Part shown: positions 19,301 to 27,402 of the stretch, in pieces
Layout of the letters: every line of letters starts with the position of its first letter
Position numbering within the stretch: position 1 is the stretch's first letter
NCBI GenBank assembly: GCA_937915825.1
Contig: CALGGT010000043.1
Coordinates: 1 to 56,673 of the forward strand
Direction of reading: 5' to 3'
Length of the DNA: 56,673 nucleotides
Origin: an uncultured Eubacterium sp.
GTDB taxonomy: Bacteria > Bacillota > Clostridia > Lachnospirales > Lachnospiraceae
Position numbers and translations under genes: made by a program
Notes under the pieces: model-generated
Database searches by the model: none
The model's input: only the letters and a program-made list of their open reading frames with translations
Told to the model about the DNA's origin: nothing

Positions 19301-20251
19301 TGCATCTTCACTTTGTAATTTGACCAGCTTTAACGTATCTTTCGTCTCACCGTCAATTTTATTTTCCTCTTCCATTTGCCCCTTATACCATTGATAGGAC
19401 GCTGTATAATCCGTATCATTGATCTTTGTACTTACCTTAAGGATCTCAGTATCTCCTTCATTAACAGAGCGGTATGTCGTTCCAAGGGACTTAATGACAT
19501 AAGGCGTTTCTGTTTTATACTGGATGATGTAGTTTACCACCTGGACTTCAATCCCATCGCTAACCCTGCAATAGAATTGGGTCACATTCTCATCCGCATC
19601 GTATACATAATCCAACGTATCCTCTGTGGCGCCTGAAATACTCACATTCTCATCATTGATAACCTTGAACCATTGATACGTAATCTCCCCGCGGGTAGAG
19701 GATGCCTTTCCTTCCATATGAAGTTCTTCCTGGTCCTTGGGATTGGTTAAATAATTCGTGTCGGACGTTTCAAGGCTTAGGACTCCTGTTTTCGGAGTGA
19801 TCCCAAAATATATTTCTGCCACGGATATCTTCTCGTTGTCCGTATCCTGAAAATAATAATCACTTTCTTCCTCTAATTGATTGGTCACTTTGCAATAATA
19901 ACTTCCCCAGTTTGCCTGAGACGTAATTGTTATAGAAAAACTAGCTTCGGTTGCACCGTCGATTTTTTGATAACCGGCTCCCAACTCAAACTTATACCAT
20001 TGATAGGTTGTCTCGCAGGGAACAACGCCTCCACCAATCTGAAACACTTTCGATGAAACGCCTATTTCAGCGGTTTCCCCGATCTCTGCATGTACCTCCC
20101 GGTCCGTTGCAAGCGCAACACTTGCCACCACTTCCTCTTGTTCCGCCGCCTTTGCCGTTGTGGATATGGTCCCGGATACATCCGCGAGTGCAGTCACACA
20201 CAGCAAAACCAAGCTTAACGTGAAAGCTAAAACCCTCTTTTTTTGTTTCAT
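16304..20251 (-). CDS. Secreted/surface protein: signal peptide, about 8 Ig-like domains, CUB-like domain, Pro/Thr/Ser linker, basic BspA-type LRR tail
   Basis: Signal peptide MKQKKRVLAFTLSLVLLCVTALA, repeated YQW...YxC motifs, and SIEKKAFKNQKKLKSVVIG repeats at the C-terminus. GGAGG RBS. Confidence 0.85.
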   Translation of the reverse strand: MKQKKRVLAFTLSLVLLCVTALADVSGTISTTAKAAEQEEVVASVALATDREVHAEIGETAEIGVSSKVFQIGGGVVPCETTYQWYKFELGAGYQKIDGATEASFSITITSQANWGSYYCKVTNQLEEESDYYFQDTDNEKISVAEIYFGITPKTGVLSLETSDTNYLTNPKDQEELHMEGKASSTRGEITYQWFKVINDENVSISGATEDTLDYVYDADENVTQFYCRVSDGIEVQVVNYIIQYKTETPYVIKSLGTTYRSVNEGDTEILKVSTKINDTDYTASYQWYKGQMEEENKIDGETKDTLKLVKLQSEDAGKYLCEVTIKKKDEEVDHQVFTYSISIFGSVTGSPNAALYVVNEAGEEVDAFMEGEEAHFTVEFRNGTNPQYQWLLYPNNGMYDNNGNPIPTLLEETGKELVLKDLNPDQSGQMVVNVTYTDSNGNEQMITASTGFVVSDDYGIDILDTGHTAKQASLGDSVSLSVAANCVNGELHYQWYQVFEDYSIVEIQGATSSVYTIDEVTEDTFHCGYYCAVSNGNQSVNSGYYTIYEKSPIVSYVGYKPFAVGIGESLQINVNDIVPDAKAITGSDVYYRVQKYDRDSYRYVTMLDTKSANILFSNVTKEDYGVYIITKHNESYSAEYYVCLRPDDYLTFADQEERDHVTTLDGYVMSSAEEEGCLVPNNLYSKLTKYSTSNPKIRDFVSGTPADEYVEDEKAYRVRRESFAVVFGSKVTMDATAVSSIGNEPTYQWKKVEDDGTISNITGATKPVLTVLPNEDDLAPGVRYVCVVRTDLSTAIYEAEVLAMSRNQSVTIQGDEPGTQYVKPGDTVKLEATCAFPDTPDVTWNIQTSKTRRILDSQSLSCEYQVDEKDFIQVAPGVQIAMVKVTCQDTRNNSASAKIMLAILDSDACLQEDLPAFDVSDLLFQYEDVEGDADIEKVIGTLFETYQVAGAESLQITFDKDVSILIKNEVLKELNVQLSLDVLNSKGEVVCSFGENGEDVAGKTIELDGDSATFAVRFAGMTRENYSEQSSSLIPTNIGSYAYLYYYMMNELHAGYRVSEIKEKEAGVESSEEPTAVPDVVPTAIPSGVPAVETPVPTDANEETSGTVESAAPTESETPGESAAPGESVTPVTSPTPVGSETPGESAVPSASANASVTPAAPSGTTSPATYDASVEAVETTMWVGDGKYKVIGEGTVGLIGVKGKLKKFSVPASIQYNQKNYNVVSIEKKAFKNQKKLKSVVIGSKVKSIKKKAFVKCKKLKKITIRSKVLVSVGKKAFAGAAKKLKIKVPGSKKKAYKKMLKKSKLPKKTKIK

Positions 20252-20286
20252 AGAAATTCCTCCTTTATTTTTCCCCAATCCATTTG

Positions 20287-20330
20287 TTCCCTCACTCTCC
20301 CACGACTATTCCCTCACTCTCCCGCGACTA
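20287..20330. repeat. 22-bp tandem duplication in the 5' UTR of the multi-Ig gene
   Basis: TTCCCTCACTCTCCC(A/G)CGACTA x2, one mismatch. Confidence 0.9.
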
Positions 20331-20335
20331 CTGTC

Positions 20336-20364
20336 ACTTTACTAAAAAAAAGTTTCTTTGTCAA
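20336..20364 (-). promoter_or_regulatory. Putative sigma-A promoter of the multi-Ig gene
   Basis: TTGACA-17 bp (containing T8)-TAAAGT. Confidence 0.55.
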
Positions 20365-20505
20365 TCATTTTTCATAAATAATCGCAACGAATATCCTCAA
20401 AAAGCTGACCCTTCTTTTCAGATCGGGCCAGCCTTGAAGCGCGTAATATTTTGTGGTATTTTCATACGATCGACAATCGTAATGTTCGTTGTTACAAGTG
20501 TTAAA

Positions 20506-22683
20506 TCATAGGTGTAATACCCGATCCTTGATCTCCTGCGTCCTTCCCTGATTCCAGAATTGGGTTCCGATATAGCCGCAGGTTCTTCTGGCTACGGACA
20601 TCCGGTTCTGATCCCGGTTTCCACAGTTCGGGCATTCCCAAACCAGCTTCTTATAATCATCTTCCACAATGGAGATCTCCCCGGAATAACCACACACTTC
20701 ACAATAATCACTTTTGGTATTCAATTCCGCATACATAATGTTATTGTAAATGTGTTTCATCAAGGCCAAGACCGCAGGGATGTTATTCTGCATATTGGGA
20801 ACTTCCACATAACTGATCGCTCCGCCGGGACTGAGTTTCTGAAATTCAGACTCGAAGGATAATTTATCGAACGCATTCACTTCTTCTTGCACATGAATGT
20901 GGTAGCTGTTGGTGATATAATTCTTGTCGGTAACGCCGGGAATGATTCCGAAACGACGCTGCAAACACTTGGAGAACTTGTAGGTCGTGGATTCCATCGG
21001 CGTTCCATATACGGAATAACTAATGTGCTCCGCTTCTTTCCATTCTTTGCATTTATCGTTCAAACGCTGCATAACCGAAAGCGCAAATTTTCTTCCTTCT
21101 TCCGAAGTATGAGATTTTCCGGTCATACGAACACACATCTCATACAATCCCGCATATCCCAAAGAAATCGTAGAATATCCATTATATAGGAGTTTATCGA
21201 TCTTCTCACCTTTCTTCAAGCGGGCCAACGCTCCGTGCTGCCACAGGATCGGCGCTACATCTGAGCGGGTTCCCAACAGGCGTTCATGACGACAACGCAA
21301 CGCTCGATGGCATAACTCCAAACGCTCCTCTAAAATATCCCAGAACTTATCCATATCTCCGTTGGAAGAACAAGCCACATCCACCAGGTTAATGGTAACA
21401 ACTCCCTGGTTAAATCTTCCATAGTATTTATGGGAACCATCCGGATTTCTTTGCGCGTCTTCCACAGTCAGGAAGGAACGGCATCCCATACAGGTATAGA
21501 TATCCCCTTGCTTTAATTCCCGCATGACCTTGGCAGAAATATAATCCGGAACCATTCTCTTCGCCGTACATTCCGCGGACAGTTCGGTTAAATACCAGAA
21601 TTCGGAATCCTCGGAAATATTATCCTCATCCAAAACGTAGATCAATTTCGGGAATGCCGGTGTGATCCAGATTCCTTTTTCATTCTTAACACCTTGCAAT
21701 CTCTGGTTCAAAACCTCTTCGATCAACAAAGCCAGATCCTTACGGGTCTGCCCCTCAACCTCATCCAGATACATGAACATGGTGACAAAAGGCGCCTGAC
21801 CATTACAGGTCATCAACGTGATCAATTGATACTGAATGGTTTGGATTCCTCTTTTGATCTCGTCCAACAATCGCATATGAACGATCTCATTCACGCTATC
21901 ATCCTCTGCCGGAATTCCTAAGGTTGCATATTCCCGCATAACATCTTTTTTAATCCTTTGACGGCTGACATCTACAAAGGGAGCTAAATGAGCCAATGAG
22001 AAGGATTGTCCCCCGTACTGATTGCTGGCAACCTGGGCAACGATCTGCGTGGTAACATTACACGCCGTATAAAAAGAATGAGGTCGCTCGATCATGGTTT
22101 CCGAAATAACCGTGCCGTTTTGCAGCATATCCTCTAAGTTGATCAGATCACAATTGTGCTCTCTTTGGGCATAATAATCGGAATCGTGAAAATGGATCAC
22201 TCCTTCTTCATGGGCTTTCACGATCTCTTCCGGTAACAAAAGTCTCATGGTTAGGTCTTTGCTGACTTGTCCTGCCATATAATCTCTTTGTGTCGAGTTG
22301 ATCTTGGCATCTTTATTGGAGTTTTCCTGAATCACTTCTTCATTGTTGCAATCGATCAGGGAAAGGATCTCACTGTCCGTTGTATTGGACTTTCTTGAAA
22401 TCTCCCGGCGAAAACGGTAACGAACGTATTTCTGAGCCACTTCATAAGCGCCCTCTTCCATAATACCGATTTCCACCAAATCCTGAATATATTCCACATG
22501 TGCTGCGTGTTGTGCCTCTGATAAACGATCCACAACACGATGGGTAATGTCGGCGATCTGCATAACCGTCATTTGCTTTTCTTCCGATACTTCTGCATTC
22601 GCTTTCTTAATTGCATTCATGATCTTGCTGTCATTAAACTCTACTTCCTCTCCATTTCTTTTAATGACTCTTGTTTTTATCAT
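20506..22683 (-). CDS. nrdD: Anaerobic (class III) ribonucleoside-triphosphate reductase
   Basis: N-terminal ATP cone (VIKRNG), MGCRSFL, TPMES, YITNSYH, CxxC...CxxC, and the RRTCGYI glycyl-radical loop. Confidence 0.95.
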   Translation of the reverse strand: MIKTRVIKRNGEEVEFNDSKIMNAIKKANAEVSEEKQMTVMQIADITHRVVDRLSEAQHAAHVEYIQDLVEIGIMEEGAYEVAQKYVRYRFRREISRKSNTTDSEILSLIDCNNEEVIQENSNKDAKINSTQRDYMAGQVSKDLTMRLLLPEEIVKAHEEGVIHFHDSDYYAQREHNCDLINLEDMLQNGTVISETMIERPHSFYTACNVTTQIVAQVASNQYGGQSFSLAHLAPFVDVSRQRIKKDVMREYATLGIPAEDDSVNEIVHMRLLDEIKRGIQTIQYQLITLMTCNGQAPFVTMFMYLDEVEGQTRKDLALLIEEVLNQRLQGVKNEKGIWITPAFPKLIYVLDEDNISEDSEFWYLTELSAECTAKRMVPDYISAKVMRELKQGDIYTCMGCRSFLTVEDAQRNPDGSHKYYGRFNQGVVTINLVDVACSSNGDMDKFWDILEERLELCHRALRCRHERLLGTRSDVAPILWQHGALARLKKGEKIDKLLYNGYSTISLGYAGLYEMCVRMTGKSHTSEEGRKFALSVMQRLNDKCKEWKEAEHISYSVYGTPMESTTYKFSKCLQRRFGIIPGVTDKNYITNSYHIHVQEEVNAFDKLSFESEFQKLSPGGAISYVEVPNMQNNIPAVLALMKHIYNNIMYAELNTKSDYCEVCGYSGEISIVEDDYKKLVWECPNCGNRDQNRMSVARRTCGYIGTQFWNQGRTQEIKDRVLHL

Positions 22684-22738
22684 CCTTCCTAACACTCCTT
22701 ACATCTTGGTTTTTGCCTGTTTCTTTTATTCTACAAAG

Positions 22739-22786
22739 TTCGAAAATGTTGTGAATGACCTTCTCCTCTTCCACAACATGTTGTGT
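22739..22786. promoter_or_regulatory. Tandem NrdR boxes
   Basis: Palindrome CCACAACATGTTGTGT (22771-22786) and a weaker copy 32 bp away, upstream of nrdD. Confidence 0.75.
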
Positions 22787-22827
22787 TTATATCATATCAC
22801 TTCGTCCAAACGATGTAAAGAGTTTTT

Positions 22828-25104
22828 TTATTTTTTTTGAAAGAAGTTTAACCGTAGGGCATTGCTGACAACACAAACACTGGAAAGGCTCATGGCAAAG
22901 GCCCCGAACATAGGAGTAATGCTCCATCCAAGCAGATGGATCCAGGCACCGGCCGCCAAAGGAATCCCTATGATATTATAAATAAACGCCCAAAACAGAT
23001 TTTCATAAATATTCCGGATGGTCTTCTTACTTAGCCGGACCGCTGTCACAACATCTTGTAGCTTACTGTGAACCAAAACCACATCCGCCGCATCCATGGC
23101 AATGTCCGTTCCGGCACCGATCCCAACTCCTACATCTGCCGTCGTTAAGGCCGGCGCGTCATTGATCCCATCTCCCACCATCATGATCTTCCCTTCCTTC
23201 TTAAGTTCCCTTATTTTCTGTTCTTTTTCCCCGGGCAAAACATTTCCGATCCACCCATCCACCTGAACTTCATCGGCAACTTTTTTTGCGCTCCCTTCGC
23301 TGTCTCCAGTGATCATCACAACCTTAATTCCCAATTCCTTCAGCCCGGCAATGGCTTCCTTACTGTCTTCTTTCACCCTGTCTTCAATGGCCAGAGCCCC
23401 CAGATATTGTTCACCTTTTCTATAATAGATCACAGACATCCCTTGGGATTCCATTTGGTAATGTTTTTCCAATTCTTCCGGATTTTTTAACAGTCCCACT
23501 TCCTCCGGTTCCACCAGAAACCCATAATTACCTCCTTTGACCCTCTCACCTTCACAAATCCCTTCTACGCCCTTCCCGGGAACTTCTCGAAAGTTTTGGA
23601 TCTCCTGCCCGAGGATGTTCCCATAATCGGTAACAGCCTGAGCCAACGGATGTTTGCTGGGAGCCTCCACTCCCTTTGCCAAGGAGATCAGTTCTTCTTC
23701 TAGAACCCCTGCCGCTGGAAAGACCCTGGTTACGTTCGGCTTCCCTTCCGTAATGGTTCCGGTTTTGTCCAAGGCACAGATCTTAACTTTCCCGGTCATT
23801 TCCAAAGCCTCTGAAGTTTTAAACAAAATACCATTCCGGGCTCCCACACCATTTCCTACCATAACAGCCACAGGAGTTGCCAGACCCAGCGCGCAGGGAC
23901 AACTAATAACGAGCACAGCAATCCCTCGTTCCAGAGCAAAAGCCAGATCCGCCCCTGTAAAAAGCCAGATCATAAAGGTAAGGACCGCGATCCCCATGAC
24001 AATGGGCACGAAGATTCCGGACACCCGGTCGGCAATTTTGCTGACCGGTGCCTTCGTCGCCGTGGCGTCGTTTACCATCTGAATGATCTTAGCTATCGTC
24101 CGTTCCTCGCCAACCCGTGTAGCTTTGCAGGTTAAAACGCCGGATTGGTTCATGGTAGCCGTGCTAACCGGATCCTCGGGATATTTTCCTTTGGCCAAAG
24201 GCTCTCCGGTTAAAGCCGACTCATCCACAAAGCTCTCCCCTTCCAGAACCGTTCCATCCACGGGAATCCACTCCCCGGGATGCACCACATAAAGGTCTCC
24301 CACACTCACCTGATCCACCGGCACGGTGATCTCCTCCCCCTCCCGTAGAAGGTGAGCTGTTTTCGGCGCCAGCTCCATCAACCCCTTTAACGCGTTGGTC
24401 GTTCGTCCTTTGGAAATCGCCTCTAAGAGTTTCCCCACGGTGATCAAGGTAAGGATCATCGCCGCCGATTCAAAATACAACAGGTGGTAGGATTCCATGG
24501 TTTCTACCATATCTCCCTGATTGACCGTTACCGTCATACGGATCAGAACGTACGCACTCCACAAATACGAAATTCCGGACCCTAAGGAAACCAGTGTATC
24601 CATATTAAGAGCCCCGTGAAAGATCCCCTTCCAGCCATTTATGAAAAAGCGCTGGTTGATCACCAAAACAACGGTAGCTAGCAGCATTTGCCAAATTCCC
24701 AGTCCGAGATAATTCCCCTCGAGAGAGGGAAATACCGGCCAGTTCCACATATGGTGCCCCATGGACACATACATTAACGGCAGTAAAAATACCAGCGAAG
24801 AGATCAAATACATCACCTGTGCCTGAATCTCATCCTTTGGACCGCCTTCGATCCCATCGGTATCAAAGGTATCTTGCTCCTGTCCCACGGAAACCTTCTT
24901 TTTACTTTTCATGGGTTTTGCCCCATACCCCGCCTTTTTCACTGCCTTTCTAATCTGGTCCGGAGAAGCCGTCCCTTCCACTGCCATGGAGTTGGTTAAA
25001 AGATTGACCGTACAACGCTCCACGCCATCTACCTTAGACACAGCCTTTTCCACACGGGCACTACAGGCCGCGCAATGCATCCCCGTTACTTTATATTGAT
25101 CCAT
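22828..25104 (-). CDS. copA: Cu(I)-exporting P1B-type ATPase
   Basis: GMHCAAC HMA domain, TGE, CPC, DKTGT, HP, GDGINDAP, and YN/MSLSS P1B-1 signatures. Start at MDQYKV. Confidence 0.92.
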   Translation of the reverse strand: MDQYKVTGMHCAACSARVEKAVSKVDGVERCTVNLLTNSMAVEGTASPDQIRKAVKKAGYGAKPMKSKKKVSVGQEQDTFDTDGIEGGPKDEIQAQVMYLISSLVFLLPLMYVSMGHHMWNWPVFPSLEGNYLGLGIWQMLLATVVLVINQRFFINGWKGIFHGALNMDTLVSLGSGISYLWSAYVLIRMTVTVNQGDMVETMESYHLLYFESAAMILTLITVGKLLEAISKGRTTNALKGLMELAPKTAHLLREGEEITVPVDQVSVGDLYVVHPGEWIPVDGTVLEGESFVDESALTGEPLAKGKYPEDPVSTATMNQSGVLTCKATRVGEERTIAKIIQMVNDATATKAPVSKIADRVSGIFVPIVMGIAVLTFMIWLFTGADLAFALERGIAVLVISCPCALGLATPVAVMVGNGVGARNGILFKTSEALEMTGKVKICALDKTGTITEGKPNVTRVFPAAGVLEEELISLAKGVEAPSKHPLAQAVTDYGNILGQEIQNFREVPGKGVEGICEGERVKGGNYGFLVEPEEVGLLKNPEELEKHYQMESQGMSVIYYRKGEQYLGALAIEDRVKEDSKEAIAGLKELGIKVVMITGDSEGSAKKVADEVQVDGWIGNVLPGEKEQKIRELKKEGKIMMVGDGINDAPALTTADVGVGIGAGTDIAMDAADVVLVHSKLQDVVTAVRLSKKTIRNIYENLFWAFIYNIIGIPLAAGAWIHLLGWSITPMFGAFAMSLSSVCVVSNALRLNFFQKK

Positions 25105-25184
25105 AGGTCCCCTCCTTGTCCCTTTCCTTTTTCCTTTCCTATTATAGATTTTATGGTTCTCCTCTGTCAAGCCGCTTTCACTTT

Positions 25185-25296
25185 TCTTTTCCTTATCCTA
25201 ATCAAAGCAGTTTCCCTTCTCTTTTCCTTATCCTAATCAAAGCACTTTCCCTTCTCTTTTCCTTATCCTAATCAAAGCACTTCCCTTCTCTTCCTT
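25185..25296. repeat. 35-bp tandem repeat, about 3 copies
   Basis: CCTTATCCTAATCAAAGCA recurs at 25191, 25226 and 25261 with no spacers. Confidence 0.92.
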
Positions 25297-25298
25297 CA

Positions 25299-25326
25299 TT
25301 GACATTCCCACGGTTTTTGATATAAT
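25299..25326 (+). promoter_or_regulatory. Consensus sigma-A promoter
   Basis: TTGACA-16 bp-TATAAT with an extended TG. Confidence 0.8.
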
Positions 25327-25496
25327 GATGTCAAGGTCTGAAGATAAAGCAGTGCTTGTGCTTGCACAAATGCACGGTTTTATCTGAGGACCGCTAAAAC
25401 ATGAGCAAGTAGCCATTTACGCAGTAAATGCGCGGATTGCGAATGTTTTTAGCACGACGTGAATTGCGCAGCAATAAAGTCGTGCGTTGACATCAT
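25325..25496 (+). ncRNA. Four-stem (four-way junction) structured element, possibly of the Clostridiales-1 motif type
   Basis: Closing stem ATGATGTCAA/TTGACATCAT encloses three contiguous hairpins (25335-25392, 25393-25453, 25454-25483). Family assignment and strand are from recall, not a search. Confidence 0.6.
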
Positions 25497-25508
25497 GGGC
25501 AGATAAAT

Positions 25509-25558
25509 TCAAGGTCTGAAGATAAAACAGTGCTTGCGCTTGCACAAATGCACGGTTT
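25509..25558. repeat. Second copy of the 50-bp segment 25331-25380
   Basis: TCAAGGTCTGAAGATAAA(G/A)CAGTGCTTG(T/C)GCTTGCACAAATGCACGGTTT, two mismatches. Confidence 0.92.
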
Positions 25559-25593
25559 GGCGATACCACGCAACAACACACAAGGAGGCGGAC

Positions 25594-25779
25594 ATGGATA
25601 AGCAAACGATCACCAATCGCATTCGAGAAATCATTAATGCAGAGCAGGATTACGACCGGGAAAAAAAGGCCAGTATGCAGGGTCGGATTGACCGCGCCGA
25701 TAAGATCTACCAGGTGGTACTCCTGGTATTCGGATTAGGCTTTTGGGTTGTTATGATCCTGAAGATGTTTTTACACTAA
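25594..25779 (+). CDS. Small protein (61 aa) with a C-terminal transmembrane helix
   Basis: AAGGAGG RBS. Charged N-terminal helix followed by the hydrophobic IYQVVLLVFGLGFWVVMIL. Confidence 0.75.
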   Translation: MDKQTITNRIREIINAEQDYDREKKASMQGRIDRADKIYQVVLLVFGLGFWVVMILKMFLH

Positions 25780-25804
25780 GGATCCGGCAGGAGACGTTAT
25801 AATT

Positions 25805-26026
25805 GTTACGATCCAACGCTCCCTGTCCTCATTCTCGGGGCTCGCTATGCGCTCTTGGTCGTGAACAGCCAGCTGACACGACGCTTCCAGTGCAAGGCTC
25901 TATTGCCGCATTTCCGGCTGCCCCAATCATGCAGGGACAGGTTGCTGATTCGTCGGTCTGGCATGGCATCGCTTTTGAAAGCAAACTTTCCAGCGATGCC
26001 ATGCCAGACCGACGGTGAATCGTAAC
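25805..26026. repeat. Full-length copy 2 of the dispersed structured element, in opposite orientation to copy 1
   Basis: GTTACGATCCAACG...CGGTGAATCGTAAC ends, shared 42-bp core, and a perfect 23-bp internal stem CGTCGGTCTGGCATGGCATCGCT/AGCGATGCCATGCCAGACCGACG. Confidence 0.85.
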
Positions 26027-26056
26027 GAGAGAGGGCAAATATTTTTCAAAAATTTC

Positions 26057-26085
26057 TTGCATTCTTTTTTTAATCATGTTACAAT
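26057..26085 (+). promoter_or_regulatory. Sigma-A promoter of rpsF-ssb-rpsR
   Basis: TTGCAT-17 bp-TACAAT with an extended TG. Confidence 0.75.
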
Positions 26086-26106
26086 TAAAGTCCGTGATAT
26101 GAATCA

Positions 26107-26170
26107 TGATTCCTTGTTCTCGGTCTGAACTTCGGTTCGGATGAAGAGAGCCAGAGACCAAAAGGAGGTG
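26107..26170 (+). promoter_or_regulatory. Probable S6:S18 autoregulatory leader
   Basis: TCCTT can pair with the AAGGAGG RBS. Internal hairpin TCTGAAC-TTCG-GTTCGGA. Located upstream of rpsF. Confidence 0.55.
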
Positions 26171-26179
26171 CAAGCAACG

Positions 26180-26467
26180 ATGAATAAGTACGAATTGGCT
26201 TTAGTTGTTAGTGCAAAAGTAGACGACGAAGTAAGAAACGCTACTGTAGAGAAAGCAAAAGCTTATATCACAAACTTCGGCGGAACCATCACCAATGTGG
26301 ATGACTGGGGCAAAAAACGTTTAGCCTATGAAATCCAAAAGATGACCGAAGGCTATTATTACTTCATTCAGTTCGACGCAGAGTCTGAGACTCCCGGCGA
26401 GTTGGAGCAAAGTTTACGAATTCTTGACAACGTGCTTCGTTACTTATGCGTAAAACAAGAGGCATAA
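26180..26467 (+). CDS. rpsF: 30S ribosomal protein S6
   Basis: MNKYE, WGKKRLAYEI. Confidence 0.97.
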   Translation: MNKYELALVVSAKVDDEVRNATVEKAKAYITNFGGTITNVDDWGKKRLAYEIQKMTEGYYYFIQFDAESETPGELEQSLRILDNVLRYLCVKQEA

Positions 26468-26484
26468 GAAGGAGGTAACTTTGA

Positions 26485-26943
26485 ATGAATAAAGTAATCT
26501 TAATGGGAAACTTAACACGTGATCCCGAAATTCGTTATTCCAGAAATGATAATTCGTTGGTAATTGCGAGATTTAGTATTGCGGTAAACCGCCGGTTTGC
26601 CCGCCAGGGAGAAACCGATGTGGATTTCTTCAACTGTACGGCATTCGGAAAACAGGCAGAGTTTGTAGAAAAATATTTCAAACAAGGCTCTCGCATGCTT
26701 CTGACCGGTAGGATCCAAAACGACAATTATACCAACAACAGTGGAGAAAAAGTATATTCGGTTCAGATCATTACAGAAGAAATCGAATTTGCGGAGCGCA
26801 AATCTCACGCGGATAATCACGGATCCGCCGATGTATTTTCACAAGCTCCTCAGGAACCGGTAAAACCGAATGCTCCCACTGATGTGGATGAGGATTTCTT
26901 AAACATCCCCGATGGTGTAAAAGATAATTTACCCTTTAGCTAA
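26485..26943 (+). CDS. ssb: Single-stranded DNA-binding protein
   Basis: [15 protein letters not shown], acidic tail ending LPFS. Confidence 0.96.
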   Translation: MNKVILMGNLTRDPEIRYSRNDNSLVIARFSIAVNRRFARQGETDVDFFNCTAFGKQAEFVEKYFKQGSRMLLTGRIQNDNYTNNSGEKVYSVQIITEEIEFAERKSHADNHGSADVFSQAPQEPVKPNAPTDVDEDFLNIPDGVKDNLPFS

Positions 26944-26984
26944 AAAACGCCAACGAATCCAACGATCCAAAGGAGGATATTTCA

Positions 26985-27245
26985 ATGGCTTTTACAAAAG
27001 GAAACGGTGATTCTTCCAGAAGAAGAGGACCCCGTAGAAGAAAAAAAGTTTGTGCATTTTGCTATGACACAGAGGCAGATTTCATCGATTACAAAGATAC
27101 TGCAAAGCTTAGAAGATACGTATCTGAGCGCGGTAAGATTCTTCCCAGAAGAATCACCGGAACCTGTGCAAAACATCAGCGTTCTTTAACCAGTGCTATC
27201 AAGCGTGCTCGTCATATCGCATTAATGCCTTACACCGTAGATTGA
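26985..27245 (+). CDS. rpsR: 30S ribosomal protein S18
   Basis: [24 protein letters not shown]. Confidence 0.97.
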   Translation: MAFTKGNGDSSRRRGPRRRKKVCAFCYDTEADFIDYKDTAKLRRYVSERGKILPRRITGTCAKHQRSLTSAIKRARHIALMPYTVD

Positions 27246-27301
27246 TCCCATCACCGGATGAATGAAATCGGTAGATGAACGGAAACGGTAGATGAATATA
27301 C

Positions 27302-27345
27302 AGTCGATTGATCCTGTCATAAGGATCAATCGACTTTTTTCTTTT
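27302..27345 (+). terminator. Terminator after rpsR
   Basis: AGTCGATTGATCCT-GTCATA-AGGATCAATCGACT followed by a T run. Confidence 0.88.
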
Positions 27346-27402
27346 CTTTTCAGGAAATCTGTGGTATAATATATTGGGTATTTTGCGAAGGAGGTGAGGC
27401 GT

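Noticed and set aside
25185..25296. Possible CRISPR array (35-bp period)
   Set aside because: Units are contiguous with no unique spacers, and there are no cas genes in the window.
25331..25558. 50-bp direct repeats as a mini-CRISPR or prophage att sites
   Set aside because: Only two copies, 128 bp apart and part of a folded unit. No integrase or cas genes nearby.
25803..26173. ORFs 25803-26018 (+) and 25829-26173 (-) as a transposase or antitoxin
   Set aside because: They are translations of the repeat element and rpsF leader, and the frames are not evidently conserved in copy 1.
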